DNA of 64,000 bases from Mobula hypostoma (lineage: Eukaryota): assembly GCF_963921235.1 (NCBI RefSeq), contig NC_086097.1, positions 73,534,001 to 73,598,000 of the forward strand, written 5' to 3'. The notes under the pieces are model-generated. The model ran no database searches. It saw only the letters and a list, made by a program, of their open reading frames with translations, and was not told the origin of the DNA. Positions 12,202 through 26,124 of this stretch are shown here, piece after piece; position 1 is the first letter of the stretch; the number at the start of each line of letters is the position of its first letter. The position numbers and the translations under genes are program-made.

Positions 12202-12711
12202 ATCATCAATCAGGAAATGGCAGCTGGAATTTCTGGGAAATGTACTGTGGAAAGAGAAGCTCAAACACCTTGCAGTGACCTGTAAAACTGATGGAAGAAA
12301 AAGTTGTGGTCAACAGCGCATGACATTCATGAGTTGCATCAAGGGTGGACAGGCAAAAAGTCTTCAAGAGCTTATTAGAACTTCTCAGATTAAAGACAGA
12401 TGGGAGACCATGATCACCCACATCATACGTCATGGCACACAATGATGATGATAATAAAGGTGTATCCACAATTCAGGAGAGATCTATTTATTCACTTAAC
12501 CTTCTAGTTAGTTGTATATCCATGGAGCCATCCTTCAATACCGCAAAAAAAATACTATGTTTTCAGTGTCTGGCTTTTGGAACAGATACCAGTATTTAAT
12601 ATTCAAAGAAGCTTGGATATGCTATCGATGCAAATTTGTAATTCTGTAAAGTTACTTGGCTATATTCAAAATGTTAAAGTTAAGTAGGTGACTACAACAA
12701 TTTATATTCTT

Positions 12712-13133
12712 CTCCGTCGATTGTCACCTTGTCGTGGTGGAGAAGCTTGTGTGGTCCTGTGATCCCGAGAGCAATGCCGTCTGGAGCTATGCTCCTGGTC
12801 GGGTCACCCATGGTGGTAAGGTCGAGGGTGAGGTCCCTGACAAAGACCAATCCAACCAAGACCTCAACGGTGGAACAGGCGGATGAAGTTACTTCGAACT
12901 CAACGGCTGTGAAGGCGGATGAAGGCTGCAACAAATCCATCAGCTCCAATCGTCCTGGTTTCCATGCCATTGGAATCAGTTGGTTGATTTGTGAAGTATC
13001 GTGTGCTTCTTGGAGTGCAACATCAAGTACATGTTAAACAAATACACACACAGGGGTCTTCACTCTGTGGGCCACTTCTTCAGACCGAAGACCATCATCC
13101 TCGACCTCGAGGGATAGCCACGACGACAACAAC
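12712..13133 (+). mobile_element. Short non-autonomous RTE-derived element (RTE/Rex3-like 5' UTR plus short tail)
   Basis: CACCTTGTCGTGGTGGAG...GGGTCACCCATGG...CTGACAAAG resembles RTE 5' UTRs; (GAC/AAC)n tail; no coding potential. Confidence 0.55.
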
Positions 13134-13559
13134 TTAAATTATAGTTAATTGTTTGTTATTATCTTTGCACTGAACTAGTATAAAACATGGTGTCAGGGAG
13201 AGTGAGATTGTCTTGGATTGTCCTGGACTGTCCTGGACTCACTTTCTCCTGCAGACTGCTGTGTGAATAAATACACAGTTATAGATACTGTGTAGCTCAG
13301 TTTTAGTCAGTCACAACTGCAACTAACCTCAAAGTGGTTATTTGTCCCTTAAAACAGCATTACAAATTAAAAGCAGAGTTAGCTGGGGAACTAACCTCCA
13401 AAATGGCATCACTGACCATCAAATCATGAGTGCAGATTAATAAAGAACACAATTTGCTTTTCCATACTTCTAGCAGGCATTAGGAACATATAGGCCAACT
13501 TGCCTGTTGTTGCATTATCTAACACAATGCTGTACAGGTGTAGACATATGAATCTCCAT

Positions 13560-14555
13560 CAGCACTGGAGCTCCACAGGAATATGCTTAGCCCCCAGCTC
13601 TAATCGCTCTACACCTATGATTGAGTGGCCAAGTACAGCTCCAACACCATATTCAAGGTGGCTGACAGCACCACTGTTGTGGGCTGAACCAAAGGTGGTG
13701 CTAAATCAGCATACAGGAGGGAGATTGAAAACTTGGCTGAGTGCTGTCATAACAACAACCTTTCACTCAATGTCAGCAAGACAAAAGGGCTGATTGTAGA
13801 CTTCAGGAGAGGGAAACCAGAGGCCCATGAGCCAGTCCTCATCAAAGGATCAGAAATGAACAGGGTTAGCGACTTTAAATCCCTGACTGTTACCATGTCA
13901 GAGGACCTGTCCTGGGCCCAGCACATAAGTGTAATTGCAAAGAAAACACTGCAGCATATCCTTTGGAGTCAGCATGACATCTAAAACTTTGACAAACTTC
14001 TATAGATGTGCAGTGGAGAGTATGTTGACTGGTTGCATCATGGCCTGGTATGGAAATATCAATGCCTTTGAACAAAAGATTCTACAAAAGATCCTGGTTT
14101 CAGCCCAACACATCACAGGTAAAGACCTCCACAGCATTGAGTACATTGCCAGAGAAAAGCAGCATCCAAAGATCGTTACCACCTGGGCCATGCTCTTTTC
14201 TTGCTGCTGCCATCAGGTAGAAGGTACAGGTGCCTCAGGACTCGCACCAGCAGGTTTAAGAACAGTTACTACCCCTCGACCATCAGGCTCTAGAACAAAT
14301 GGGGATAATTACACTCATTCTACTTCTGATGTTCCCATAACCAATAATCTCACTTTAAGGACTCTATCTTGTTATTTCATGCTCGTTATTTATTGCTATT
14401 TACTTATATTTCCATATGCACAAGTTGTTATCTTCTATGCCCTTTCTCTTTTATTGTTCCTGTTTACAGTTACTGTTCTATAGATTTGCTAAGTATGCCT
14501 GCAGGAACAAGAATCTCAGGGTTGTATGTGCTGATATGTATGTACTCTGATGCTT
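13560..14555 (+). mobile_element. Decayed Rex/Babar-type LINE 3' part
   Basis: NLSLNVSKTKGLIVDFRR, FYRCAVESMLTGCIMAWYG; 3' UTR. Confidence 0.8.
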
Positions 14556-16776
14556 TTTTTAAAACTTTACTTCAGAAGGCACAATACAAGCAGCTCAATT
14601 CCATAGTTCCATAAGTGTGCTTTGAAACCAAACTGGACATTAAAGTACATTTATTATCAATGTATACAGTATACAACCTTGAGATTGCAACCACAGAACA
14701 AGAAACCCAAAAGAACCCATAAAAAAATAAGAACAACCAACATCCAATGTGAAGAGGGAGAAAAAAAAACAAACTGTGCTAACAATAAAGTAAATAACAT
14801 TTCTAACTTATGTGAGTCGTCAGACATGAAGCCCAAGCAGCCGGATGAGGCCACAGAATATCAGTTCAGTAAAAGCATAAAATATCAATTAACAACTATT
14901 GATAACTTCTGCAACAAGACAAAATGCACACAGGAAACTGGGATTAAAAGTTATACAGAAAGTACATACAAGCTGCAGCAACCAGGAACGTTTTGAAAGA
15001 AGTCTGAACCCAAACATTAATCTATTTGTCTTTTCAGTAACTGATGCTGTTAATTTTTGTCATTTTCAGTATGTTACACTAAAAAGCAGTTTAGACGTTG
15101 TGAAGTTTTTTGGAACGTCCAGACTTCATGAAAGGCGCTATAAAAACGTAGGATCCTATGTTTCCAATTATATCCATTAATTTATAGAAATTTATCCTCA
15201 TACAGATACTTACAATGAACATTCTGAAACATTAGGTGAATCCTGTTTCATAGATAATCCATGCTGGTCCCCAACCTGCCAAACAGGAACACACATTAAA
15301 TATTTTACACTATTTTCATTACATAACATTGTTCTAGCCATATTATTTAATCAAGAACTGTTTCAGAAATACCATACAGGATATTCCAAATAGATCTTTG
15401 TGTCATACATGAATCCAGTATCATTAAAGACAAAATAAATACAAGTCTTTATTGCTGACTTATTGTGTATCTTGATAATTATTGCTGTTACTTTTATATT
15501 GTACTTAATTCAGGATACGCTGTATTGCTATAGATTCCAGAGTGCTTTCAGTATATTTTAGGAATATTGAACAGTTTGTGTGTGATGGAACATTCAGAAA
15601 ATAGTTTACCTTGCAACAGACAGAGAATAACTGATAAGGCAGCAACAGAAATTCATAATGCACTAGTGTGGGTCTGTGAACAATTCGTTGACAACTTCTA
15701 TTGTGTGTGGTTTGCACCACTACACATTTTCAAACTGCATTTTGCAGATTTAGAATGGGTACTCTGCCATTTGAAGTTCAGCTTCTGTGTTCAGGTGCTT
15801 TGGCAAATCAGTGATCCCAGTGTTCCAGAGCAGCACAGGCACCAGACTGATTATGGATCTATGGCTTAAGACACTAAAGACCACCAGAAATAGGCCAGGT
15901 CTGAGACCATACCACTCAAAAATATAACTAGATCTAAACTGAGGGTACTTCATTCTATCTAAGATAACCCAGGATGGCCCAAGTCTGAGTGACCCTCAGG
16001 ACTAATCTGTATTAGTCACAGTCTGAGCCCAGGCCACTTGACATTAAACTCACTGCAGGCTGCATCCCATGAATATTCATCATTCCAGATGTGTCCCATC
16101 CCAGATCAGCACTGTTTCATTCACCAGTGGAACTGCAAATGGTATGGCAGTCACTCAATTTTTTAAAATATTTTAATTCCTAGGATGTGAAAATTGCTGG
16201 TAAACTCAGAATTTACTGTACATACCTAATTATCTAGAACTCATCAAACAGCAAAGATTCAACTACATTTGTCAGTCTGGAATCATGCATTGGCCAGATT
16301 CATTCCCTGACATGGTGGCTAGCCATTTTCACCCAAATGGTACTTACTTAATTACTTGATTTCAAATTCTACACTATCAATAGGATGTGAACCAAAAACT
16401 ATGACTGCTAGTCTAGAAAATTCATAAAATTCTCTTCCTTCCCTTTCTCCTACGGTCCACTCTCCTCTCCTATCAGATTCTTCCTTCTTCAACTTTGCTA
16501 CCTATCAACCCCTCCCCACCCACCCATCTTACCCCTCACTTGATTTCACTTGCCAGCTGGTACTCATTCCCATCTGCCCACCTACTTATTCTGGCTTCTG
16601 TCCCCTTCATTTCCACTCCAAGTGTTTCGGCCTGTAACGTTAACTGCTTATATCCCTCCATAGATTTGCCTGACCTGCTGCGTTCCTTCAGAATTACGTG
16701 CGTTACTCTGGGTACTTTCTCATTTGTTCCCTTAATTTTTGATAGAAAGTTGAGAACCAGGCATCACAATGGCTTC

Positions 16777-18948
16777 ACAAACAAAAGAAAATCTGCAGAT
16801 GCTGGAAATCCAGAACAATACACGCAAAATGCTGGAGGAACTCAGCAGGCCAGGCAGCATCTATTGAAAAGAGTACAGTCAATGTTTCGGGCCGAAGCCC
16901 TTTGGTGGGACTGGAGAAAAAATGCTGAGGAGTAGATTTGAAAGGTGGGGGGAGGGAAGAGAAAAACACCAGGCAAAGGGTGAAACTTGGAGGGGGAGGG
17001 AAGAAGCCAGAAGCTAGGAAGTTGATTGGTGAAAGAGACAGAAGGCCATGGAAGAAAGAAAAACGGGGCTGGGTGAGGAGATAACATGAGAGAGGGACAA
17101 GGGGGTGGAAATGGTGCAGGGGAGGGGAAATGGTTCAGGGTGGAGGGGTTGGAGGCATTACTGGAAGTTTGAGAAATCAATGTTCATGCCATCAGGTTTG
17201 AGGCTACCCAAAAGGAATATAGGCTGATGTTCCTCCAACCTAAGTGTGGCCTGATCTCGAAAGCCAAGGAGGCCATGGATGGACATGTTGTAATGAGAAT
17301 GAGAAGTGGAATTAAAATCAGTGGCCACTGGGAGATCCAGCTTGTTCTGGCGGACGGAGCGTAGATGCTCAGTGAAGTGGTCTCCCAATCTACCTCGGGT
17401 CTCACTGATATACAAGAGGCCACACTGGGAGCACCGAACACAGTTAATGACCCCAACAGACTCACAGGTGAAGGACTGTTTGGGGCCCTGAATGGTAGTG
17501 AGGGAGGAGGTGTAGGGGCAGGTGTAGCACTTGTTCCGCTTGAAAGGATAAGTGCCAGGAGGGAGATCAGTGGGGAGGGATGAATGGACAAGGGAGGCTG
17601 GTAGGGAGCAATCCCTGCAGAAGGCAGAAAGTGGGGGAGGGGGGAGGGAAAGAAAGATATGTTTGGTGGTGGGATCCAGTTGGAGGTGGCGGAAGTTTCA
17701 GAGAATTATGTGCTGGAGGCGGAGGCTCACTGTCTCTCTCTCTGGAGAAAGCTCATCTATTGATGTCTATTATAAACCAACAGACTCTCACAGCTAGCTG
17801 GACTATACCTCATCCCACCCTGCTACTTGTAAAAACATCATCCCCTTCTCTCAGTTCCTCTGTCCCTGCTGTATCTGCTCTCAGGATGAGGCTTTTCATT
17901 CTAGAACAAAGGAAATGTCCTCCTTTTTCAAAGAAAGGGTCTTCCCTTCCTCCACCATCAACGCTGCCCTCAACTGTTCCATTTCATGCATGTCTGCTCT
18001 TACCCCATCCTCCTGCCACGCTACCAAGGATAGGGTTCCTCTTGTCCTCACCTACCACCCCCACAAATACATAATTCTCCGAAACTGCCGCCACCTCCAA
18101 CTGATCCCACCACAAAACACATCTTGCCCTCCCCCCCACTTTCTGCTTTCCACAGGGATCACTCCCTACACGACTCCCTTGTCCATTTGCCCCTCCCCAC
18201 TGATCTCCCTCCTGGCACTTATCCTTGTAAATGGAACACGTGCTACGCCTGCCCCTACACCTCCTCCCTCACTACCATTCAGGGCCCCAAAGAGTCCTTC
18301 CAGGTGAGGCGACACTTCACCTGTGAGTCTGCTGAGGTCATATACTGTGTTCGGTGCTCCCAATGTAGCCTCTTGTATGTTCATCGAGCATCTATGCTCC
18401 ATCCACCAGAACAAGAGGAATCTCTCAGTGGCCACCCATTTTAGTTCCACTTCCTATTCAGATTTGTCCATCCATGGCCTCCTTGACCATCAGGATGAGG
18501 CCACACTTAGATTGGAGGAACAACATCTTGTATTCTGTTTGGGTAGCCTCCAACCTGATGGCATGAACCTCGATTTCTCAAACTTCCAGTAATGCCTCCA
18601 CTCCCCCCACCTCACCATTTCCCAATGCCTTGTCCCTCTCTCATGTTATGTCCCTGCCCGCCCATCACCTCCCTCTGGTGCTCACCCCCCCCACCAACAC
18701 CTTTTCTCTTTCTTCCATGGCCTTCTGTCTCTTTCACCAATCAACTTCCTAGCTCTTTGCTTCATCCTTCCCCTCCAAGTTTCACCTATTGCCTGGTGTT
18801 TTTCTCTCTCCCTTCCCCTCACCTTTCAAATCTACTCCTCAGCTTTGTTCTCCAGTCCTGCTGAAGAGTTTCAATCTGAAATGTCAATTGTACTTTATTT
18901 CCATAGATGCTGCCTGGCCTGGTGAGTTCCTGCAGCATTTTGCATGTG
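16777..18948. mobile_element. Penelope-like element with inverted duplication: minus-strand GIY-YIG plus pLTR arm (16777-~17730) joined to plus-strand RT C-terminus, GIY-YIG and pLTR arm (~17730-18948)
   Basis: DVYYKPTDSHS, RVPLVLTYHP, FTCESAEVIYCVRCSQC, YISETRGRLGDHFTEH, RLEEQHLVFCLGSLQPDGMN; 13-bp TSD TCACAATGGCTTC at 16764-16776 and 18949-18961. Confidence 0.9.
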
Positions 18949-19802
18949 TCACAATGGCTTCTACACACTTACAAATCTATCAATATTTTCTACATAATTC
19001 CCACATTAATCCCGTGAAAACCACTCAGCTGCAGGGTGTCCATTTCACTCCTCATAGTTGATGGTACAACTCCAATTTTGATTGGACTTTACTACAACCA
19101 CATCGCAAGTCTCATCTTCCTGCCTCCTCCACAATTTAGCTCTTTACTCTGGCTTCTATATCATTTGCCACTGAGTGTTCCAAACTAACAAATAAATGGC
19201 ATCATGAAAAATACACTCCCATAGGTTTTAATACCATAAATTAATTTGCAACTAAATCTGGATTTTCATTCATTGGTTGCCTGTTAGATAAACCAATGGG
19301 TGTAAACTAAGAGTAGTGAATCAATAATGCATTGTGGTGCCCAGGAAGACGGATGAACATTTATCCTATTATGGGGCTTCTGCCCAACAGTACGGCAAAC
19401 AAAAACAAAAGCATCATCTTGTAGTTTTAGAACCTGAATATTCAAAATCCAGTAATACTAAAATGGTCCCAGTAAGAAATTGCAGATTTATTGAAAGCCA
19501 CTTAGACTTATCTTGTCCACGAGCAAGCTATCAGAAAGGAACTCTCCTGTGTCTATTTTGTCTGGCCAGAGATGACTCCAACTCCTTATTTATCTAATGG
19601 TCCTTCAAAGTATTTACTATGTTGTAACAGATTTGCAATGCAGAAGTTCCAGAAAACACTGGGTTTTACCAAATGCCCAACACTACTCTCTCAGCGAGAA
19701 ACACCTGCTTGCGAAAATATTATTTTAAATATCAAAAGACAATATAGCAATTAAAAATGCAGGGAAGTTATGAAAACTATTTTTATAGAAATGAGATACT
19801 TG

Positions 19803-19966
19803 CTTCTTCATTGCAAGCTTGCTGTGTTTTTTTAATTTCAAGTTGGAATGAAAGTACTTTTTGTATCAGGGCATTCTGGGAGCCAATCTCTTCAGTCAAT
19901 TGAGCTATATTTCGAACCAGCAGCAGTATGTGGGCTTCCAGATGAGCAAACTTTCTTTGCACTGTA
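19803..19966 (-). CDS. Candidate coding exon 5 of unnamed host gene (coiled-coil); 3' boundary uncertain
   Basis: Acceptor TTGATTCCTAG; reads (C)TVQRKFAHLEAHILLLVRNIAQLTEEIGSQNALIQKVLSFQLEIKKTQQACNEE; phase 2 matches the upstream exon; donor may be GC-type (GAA|GCAAGT). Confidence 0.6.
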
Positions 19967-20479
19967 CTAGGAATCAACAAACACAAGTAAATTTCAATTG
20001 ATGAAAGCTGAAACTCACTGCAAGTTATCCTGAATGAGAAAATAACACAACTAGATTATAGATTTAACAAATCTCTTCCTGATAGAGGGAAAAAAATTCA
20101 TTGGGGAAACCCATAAAATGCAAGGATACCACCAACTATCTACGTCTTAAATAAGTACATTATATGGAATTATGGAATGAAGACCGCAGAAAGAGTTCCA
20201 AATGAGAAAAACAGTAGTTTTAAGAATGAAACAGAAGCCCCATTAATCTTCACTGTGGAAGATGATTTTGATCTCGGCCTCACAAAGACCTGACTTGACT
20301 GCAAGTCTGGGTATAGGTGCACTATTGTAAATTGTATCGCAAAAATGAAAAAAAAAATGTTAAACTCAAATGGAAATGCAACAGAGACTTTCATGCAATG
20401 AAGGTGAAAACAGATACCATGTGAAATTAGCATTATGGGATGAAAAGCAGGAATAAGCCAAGTGATTACTAGTACTGAA

Positions 20480-21740
20480 TTACTGGAGTCAATTGTTAAG
20501 CATGAGGTTATGGTGTACTTAGTGACACAGGACAAGATAGGACAAAGTCATCATGGTTTCCTTAAGGGGAAATCTTCCCTGATGAACCTGTTGGAATTCT
20601 TTGAGGAGATTACAAGTAGGATAAACAACGGGGATGCAGTGGGTGTTGTATATTTGGATTTTCAGAAGGTCTTTGACAAGGTGCCACACCTGAGGCTGCT
20701 TACCAGGTTAAGAGCCCATGGTATTACAGGAAGGTTATTAACATGGTTAGAGCATTGGCTGTTTAGTAGAAGGCAGCGAGTGGGAATAAAAGGATGCTTG
20801 TCTGGTTTGCTGCCAGTGACTAGCGGTGTTCCGCATGGGTCAGGGTTGGGACCGCTTCTTTTTATGCTGTATATCAATGATTTAGATGATGGAATCGATG
20901 GCTTTGTTGCCAAGTTTGTGGATGATATGAAGACTGGTGGAGGGTCAGGTGGTGTTGAGGAAACAGGTAGGCTGCAGAAGGACTGAAGATAGATTAGGAG
21001 AATGGAAAATTAAGAGAAAGAGGCAAATGAAATACAATGTTGGAAAATACATGGTCATGCACTTTGGCGAAGAAATAAATATAATATTTTCTAAATGGAA
21101 AGAAAATCCAAAATCTGAGATGCAAAGGGACTTGGGAGACCTTGTGCCGAACACCCTAAAGGTTAACCTGCAGATTGAAGGAAGGCAAATGCAATGTTTA
21201 CATTCATTTCAAAAGGTCTTGAACACAAGAGCAGGGATGTGATGCTGAGGCTTTATAAGGCACTGGTGAGGCCGCATCTTGAGTACTGCGAATAATTTTG
21301 GGCTCCTCATCTATGAAAAGGTGTGCTGGCATTGGAAAGGGTCCAGAGGCGGTTCACAAGGATAATTCCGAGAATGAAAGGATTACATATGAGCAACGTT
21401 TGATGGCTCTGGGTCTGTACTCGCTGGAATTCAGAAGGATGAGGGAGTTCTCACTGAAACCTTTCAAATTTTGAAATAGTAGATGTGGAAAGGATGTTTC
21501 CTATAGTGTGGGAGACTAGGACAAGAGGGCACAGCCTCAGAATAGAGGAGTATCCATTTAAAACACAGATGCTGGGAAATTTCTTTCTCCAGACTGTGAT
21601 GAATTTGTGAATTCGTTACCACATGCAGCTGTGGAGGCCAGGTTGTTGGGTGTACTTAAGGCAGAGATGGATAGGTTCTTGATTGGACATGACATCAAAG
21701 GTTACGGGGAGATGGCCAGGAAGTGGGACTGAGGTGGGGC
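20480..21740 (+). mobile_element. Decayed CR1 LINE (RT and 3' end)
   Basis: ORF 20462-20986: YLDFQKVFDKVPH, SGVPHGSGLGP, KFVDDMK. Confidence 0.85.
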
Positions 21741-22165
21741 AAGACAGGTCATGTTACAAATCTAGAACTTGCCATGCTACCTGATAGTTATTTTGTATTA
21801 ACCTGTAGTGTCACTGTAAGCTCTGACCTTCAATCCCCTGCATATAGCAACGGAAATACAAAATGCAAATCAATTCATGAAAAAGATACTTGAAATGAGG
21901 TTACAGAGAAATTGGCAGTGCAGAATGCTATTGTAAATTCTCTCAGGTACTTGAAAGTTTGGAAACACATAAATTCATGGTATCTTTGTTTGCATTTCCT
22001 ATGGGTACATGGCCATAAATTGGTGTCTTCACTGTCAATTATTTTTACTTTGCTAATTGGGAAATTATTTCAGGTTTGCATTATAGTCATATCACACTGA
22101 AATTAACATATTTCACAACATTACTTTTGGAATTTAATTCATTAGTTCTTTCTTTGGATAAATAC

Positions 22166-22439
22166 CAAATATCTTTCTGCCGCTGTAATTTCAGCTGCGC
22201 CCACAGTTTGCCATTTTTCACTGTGCTCAGCCCTTTCTGCTTTAACTTTCGATGTGTCAGTGGTGTCCTGCTATCCCTTGAAAGAAGTGCAACCAGTTTC
22301 TGGTAATCTGCTTCCAGGGATTGCAGAAGTTGTCTGATATCTTCCATTTGTGACAAGGTTGTGGATGCAGAGGATACCAAGTCACTGTTTGACGCCTGAG
22401 CCAATGAGTTTAGATAAGAAGAATCAAATTCTTGTGCAC
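22166..22439 (-). CDS. Candidate coding exon 4 of unnamed host gene
   Basis: Acceptor TTTTGTTTTAATGAAG, donor TG|GTATTT; 274 nt, phase 1 to 2; GAQEFDSSYL...LSQMEDIRQLLQSLEADYQKLVALL...KLWAQLKLQRQKDI. Confidence 0.65.
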
Positions 22440-22744
22440 CTTCATTAAAACAAAAATAACACAAGTAGGGTAAATGACCATATTATGTGCAAAACTTTAT
22501 ACTTTTTCATATTTTCCCCAATTAGTTTTTTGTTATTAATATCACTTTGTCATATTGCAACTACCCATTGTTAAACTGCATTGTCATCCTCATACCCACT
22601 ATAAATCAGCTTGTGCTGGCTCATCTTTAATCATGGTGATCTTGGAGGCAAAACTGAGGTGACATTACAATGGATCATTATGGAATGGTTATTCCATTGT
22701 AGGTGTTGCTTTGTATTGTGGCTCTATCACAGACAACTGAAAAT

Positions 22745-23237
22745 GCGTTGAGGCCGCACTCAGGTTGGAGAAGCAACACCTTACATTCCATCTGCGTAGC
22801 CTTCAGCTTGATGGCATGAATATTGATTTCTCGAACTTCTGGTAATCCCCCCCTTTCTCCTTCACCAGTGCCCATCCCCTTTTCCCTCTTATCACCTCAT
22901 GTCCTTGTCTGCCCACCGCCTCCCTCTGGTGCTCCTCCCCCCTTTTTCCATGGCCTTTTATCATCACCTATCAAATTCCCCCTTCTCCAGCCCTGTATCT
23001 CTTCCCAGCTATTTACTTCATCCCTCCCCCTCCCAGTTTCACCTTGTGTTTCTGTCTCCCCTCCCCCACCTTTAAAATCTACTCATCTTTTTTTCTGCAG
23101 TTCTGCCGAAGGAAATCAGCCCGAAACGTCGACTGTACTTTTTTTCCATAGTTGCTGCCTGGCCTGCTGAGTTCCTCCAGCATTTTGTGTGTGTTGCTCA
23201 GATTTCCAGCATTGGCAGACCTTCTCTTGTTTGTGAT
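22745..23237 (+). mobile_element. Penelope-like 3' fragment with pseudo-LTR
   Basis: RLEKQHLTF...GMNIDFSNF end of GIY-YIG ORF; degenerate hammerhead motif at ~23098-23135. Confidence 0.8.
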
Positions 23238-24269
23238 AATTACCTTGATTGTTTAACCCCACCACATTTAATCTTTTTAGAACTGCACTGCCAAGGCACC
23301 AAACAACTTTCACATGTTTAAATGACTGGAAGTTCAAGATCAAACACTCAAAGAAATTCAAAACAAAAATGCCTGATCAAAAATGTGTTTAAACACTGAT
23401 CTGTCAGTTGAATTGCTGGGTCTTAGATGGAAAAAAAAGATTGTGAGGAGTCAATGGGAGAGCATTGAAAAACAGGCATGCAGATTTCTCAATACTGCCT
23501 GATATCAGCTGAAGCAGGGTTCCACTACTTAACCTCCTGCCAGCAGCCATTAAAATGCATTGTGACATCCCCCTGGTAGCAGATACAGAATGGGCAAATA
23601 AACATGGCATTACACAGGGGTGGACTTCCTCACCATCTACTGCACTGGAGGTGGAAGGGAGAATGTTGCCTTGGAGCAGTGGAGCCTTGGTGCCTGTGCA
23701 AGAATCAGTGGCTCCTTTATGTAAAAAAATGCTCGTTTACGCAGGTGTCACATAGGATATTGTAATGCATTACATGTTCCTCGGAATTTCAATTGTCTTA
23801 CTAAGACACAGTAAGACGGAATTTTACTAGCAACTGTTTCAAGCCAAAATTGGCTCTACATACTGAAGAACTATCAGCAGTGCTTATACTACATATGGTC
23901 TTATTTGTTAATATTGCTCAGCATTTTACTTGAAAATTCTGTCACCATATATTTTTATTGACTTTCACCCAATTTATCTCACTGATTTTTTTGATAGGAT
24001 TCTAACAACATCTTGGACTCAACTTACAGGAGTCCATCTGAGCCAACAATATTACTAAAGGGTGAAGATCAAATGGTTCATTCAGCATCTGAACCTAGAA
24101 ACTGAACTACAACCTCAAATCCACCCCACCCCGCCCTTTGTTTACCCCATTCTGGTGGGTCTCGCAATACTTCTCTTTCCCTCCCCCACCCTCATGACCT
24201 GCCCATCACCTTCCTCTGTTTCTCCACCTTCTTCCCTTTATTCCACACAATTCCCTTTCATCTTCCCAA

Positions 24270-26120
24270 CTCCAGAGTGTAAGAGAGTAAAAGGGAGGCA
24301 AGAGTTGATACTGGACCACTGGAAAATGATGCTGGTGAGGTAGCAATGGGCGACAAAGAATTGGTAGATGAACTTAATGGGTACTTTGCATCCGTCTTCA
24401 CAGTGGAGGACACTAGCAGTGTGCCAGAGGTCCATGAGCGTCAGGGAGCACATCTGAGTGCCATTGCTATCACAAAGGAAAAGTTACTAGGCAAAGTCAA
24501 AGGTCTTAAGGTGAATAAGTCATCTGGACCCGATAACCAACATCCCAGAATCCTGAGAGAAGTTGCTGAAGAGATAACAGATGCATTGGTTATGATCTTT
24601 CAAGAATCACTTCAGTCTGGCATGGTCCTGGAGGACTGGAAAATTGCAAATATCACTCCACTCTTTAAGAAGGCAGGAAAGCAAAAGAAAGGAAATTATA
24701 GACCAGTTAGCCTAACCTCAGCAGTTTGGAATGTGTTGGAGTATATTATTAAGGATGAGATTTCAGTGTACTTGGAGACTGATGATAAAATAAGTCAAAG
24801 TCAGCATAGTTTCTGTAAAGGAAAATCTTGCCCGACAAATCTGTTCGAATTCTCCGAGGATGTAACAAGCAGGGTGGACAAAGGAGAGGCAGTGGATGTC
24901 ACTTCCTTGGATTTTCAGAAGGCATTTGATAAGGTGCCACACATGAGGCTGCTTAACAAGATAAAATCCTGTGGCATTAGTAGAAAGATACTGGTATGGA
25001 TAGAGAGATAGTTGACAAGCAGAAGGCAGCAAGAAAATAAAACGGGCCTTGTCTGATTGATTGCCAGTGAATAGTGGTGTTCTTCAGAGGTCAGCATTGG
25101 GACTGTTACTTTTCACATTGTTTGTCAATGATTTGGATAATGGAATTTATGGCTTTGTGGCAAAGTTTGTGGATGATACAAAGATAGGTGGAGGGGTACG
25201 TAGTGCTGAGGAAGCAATGCAATTGCAGCAGGACTTAGACAAGTTGGAAAAATGGGCAAAAAAGTAGCAGATTGTTGGGAAAAGTACAGTGTTGGGAAAT
25301 GTATGATAATGCATTTTGGTAAAAGGAACAATAGTGTGGACCATTATCTAAATGGAGAGAAGGTTCAAACATCTGAGATGCAGAGGAACTTAGGAGTTTT
25401 CATGCAAAACTTCCAGAAGGTTAATTTACAGGTTTGTCTGTGTAAAGAAGGCAAATGCAATGTTGGCATTTATTTCAAGAAGAATAGAATATAAAAGCAA
25501 GGAGATAATGCTGAAGCTTCATAAGACTCCAGTCAAGCTACACTTGGACTATTGTCAACAGGTTTGGGCCCCTTATCTCAGAAGGATGTATTGTCATTGG
25601 AGAGAGCCCAGAGGAGGTTCATGAGGATGCTTCCGAGAATGAAGGGGTTAACACAGGAAACGCGTTTGGCAGCATTGGGCCTGTACTCACTGGAATTGAG
25701 AAGAACATGGTTGGGGGGGGGAGGGGGAGGAGATCTCATTGAAACCTACAGAATGTTGAAAGGACTAGATAAGGTGGATGTGGAGAGAATGTTTACTATG
25801 GTTGGGGTATCCAGAACTAGAGGGCACAGCTCAAGATTGAGGGGTGACCTTTTAGAACAGAAGCAAGGAGGAAATTTTTTTTTTAGCCAGAGAGTAGTGA
25901 ATCTGTGGAATGCTCTGACACAGACTGCGGTGGAGGCCAAGTCCGTGGGTATACTTAAGGAGGAAGTTGATCATTTCCTGATCAGTCAGGACATCAAAGA
26001 ATATGGCGAGAAGGCAAGTGTATGGAATTTAGTGGGATCCAGGATCAGCTGTGATGGAATGATAGAGCAGACTCAATGGGATGAATGGCCTAATTCTACT
26101 CCTATGTCTTATAGTCTTAT
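24270..26120 (+). mobile_element. Decayed CR1 LINE (ORF2 3' two-thirds)
   Basis: LNGYFASVFT, GNYRPVSLTS, LDFQKAFDKVPH, KFVDDTK, FFSQRVVNLWN. Confidence 0.85.
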
Positions 26121-26124
26121 GTTC

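Larger units (their letters stand above)
10040..12452 (+). mobile_element. Decayed RTE-clade LINE, interrupted twice
   Basis: FIDYTKASDKV, GVRQGYILSP, YLGSTITSDG, LTYGSECWT, FLGNVLWKEKLKHL; (TGA)n tail near 12443. Confidence 0.85.

Noticed and set aside
15505..15953. Minus-strand ORFs as further host exons
   Set aside because: Splice sites and phases could not be linked convincingly; no recognisable motif.
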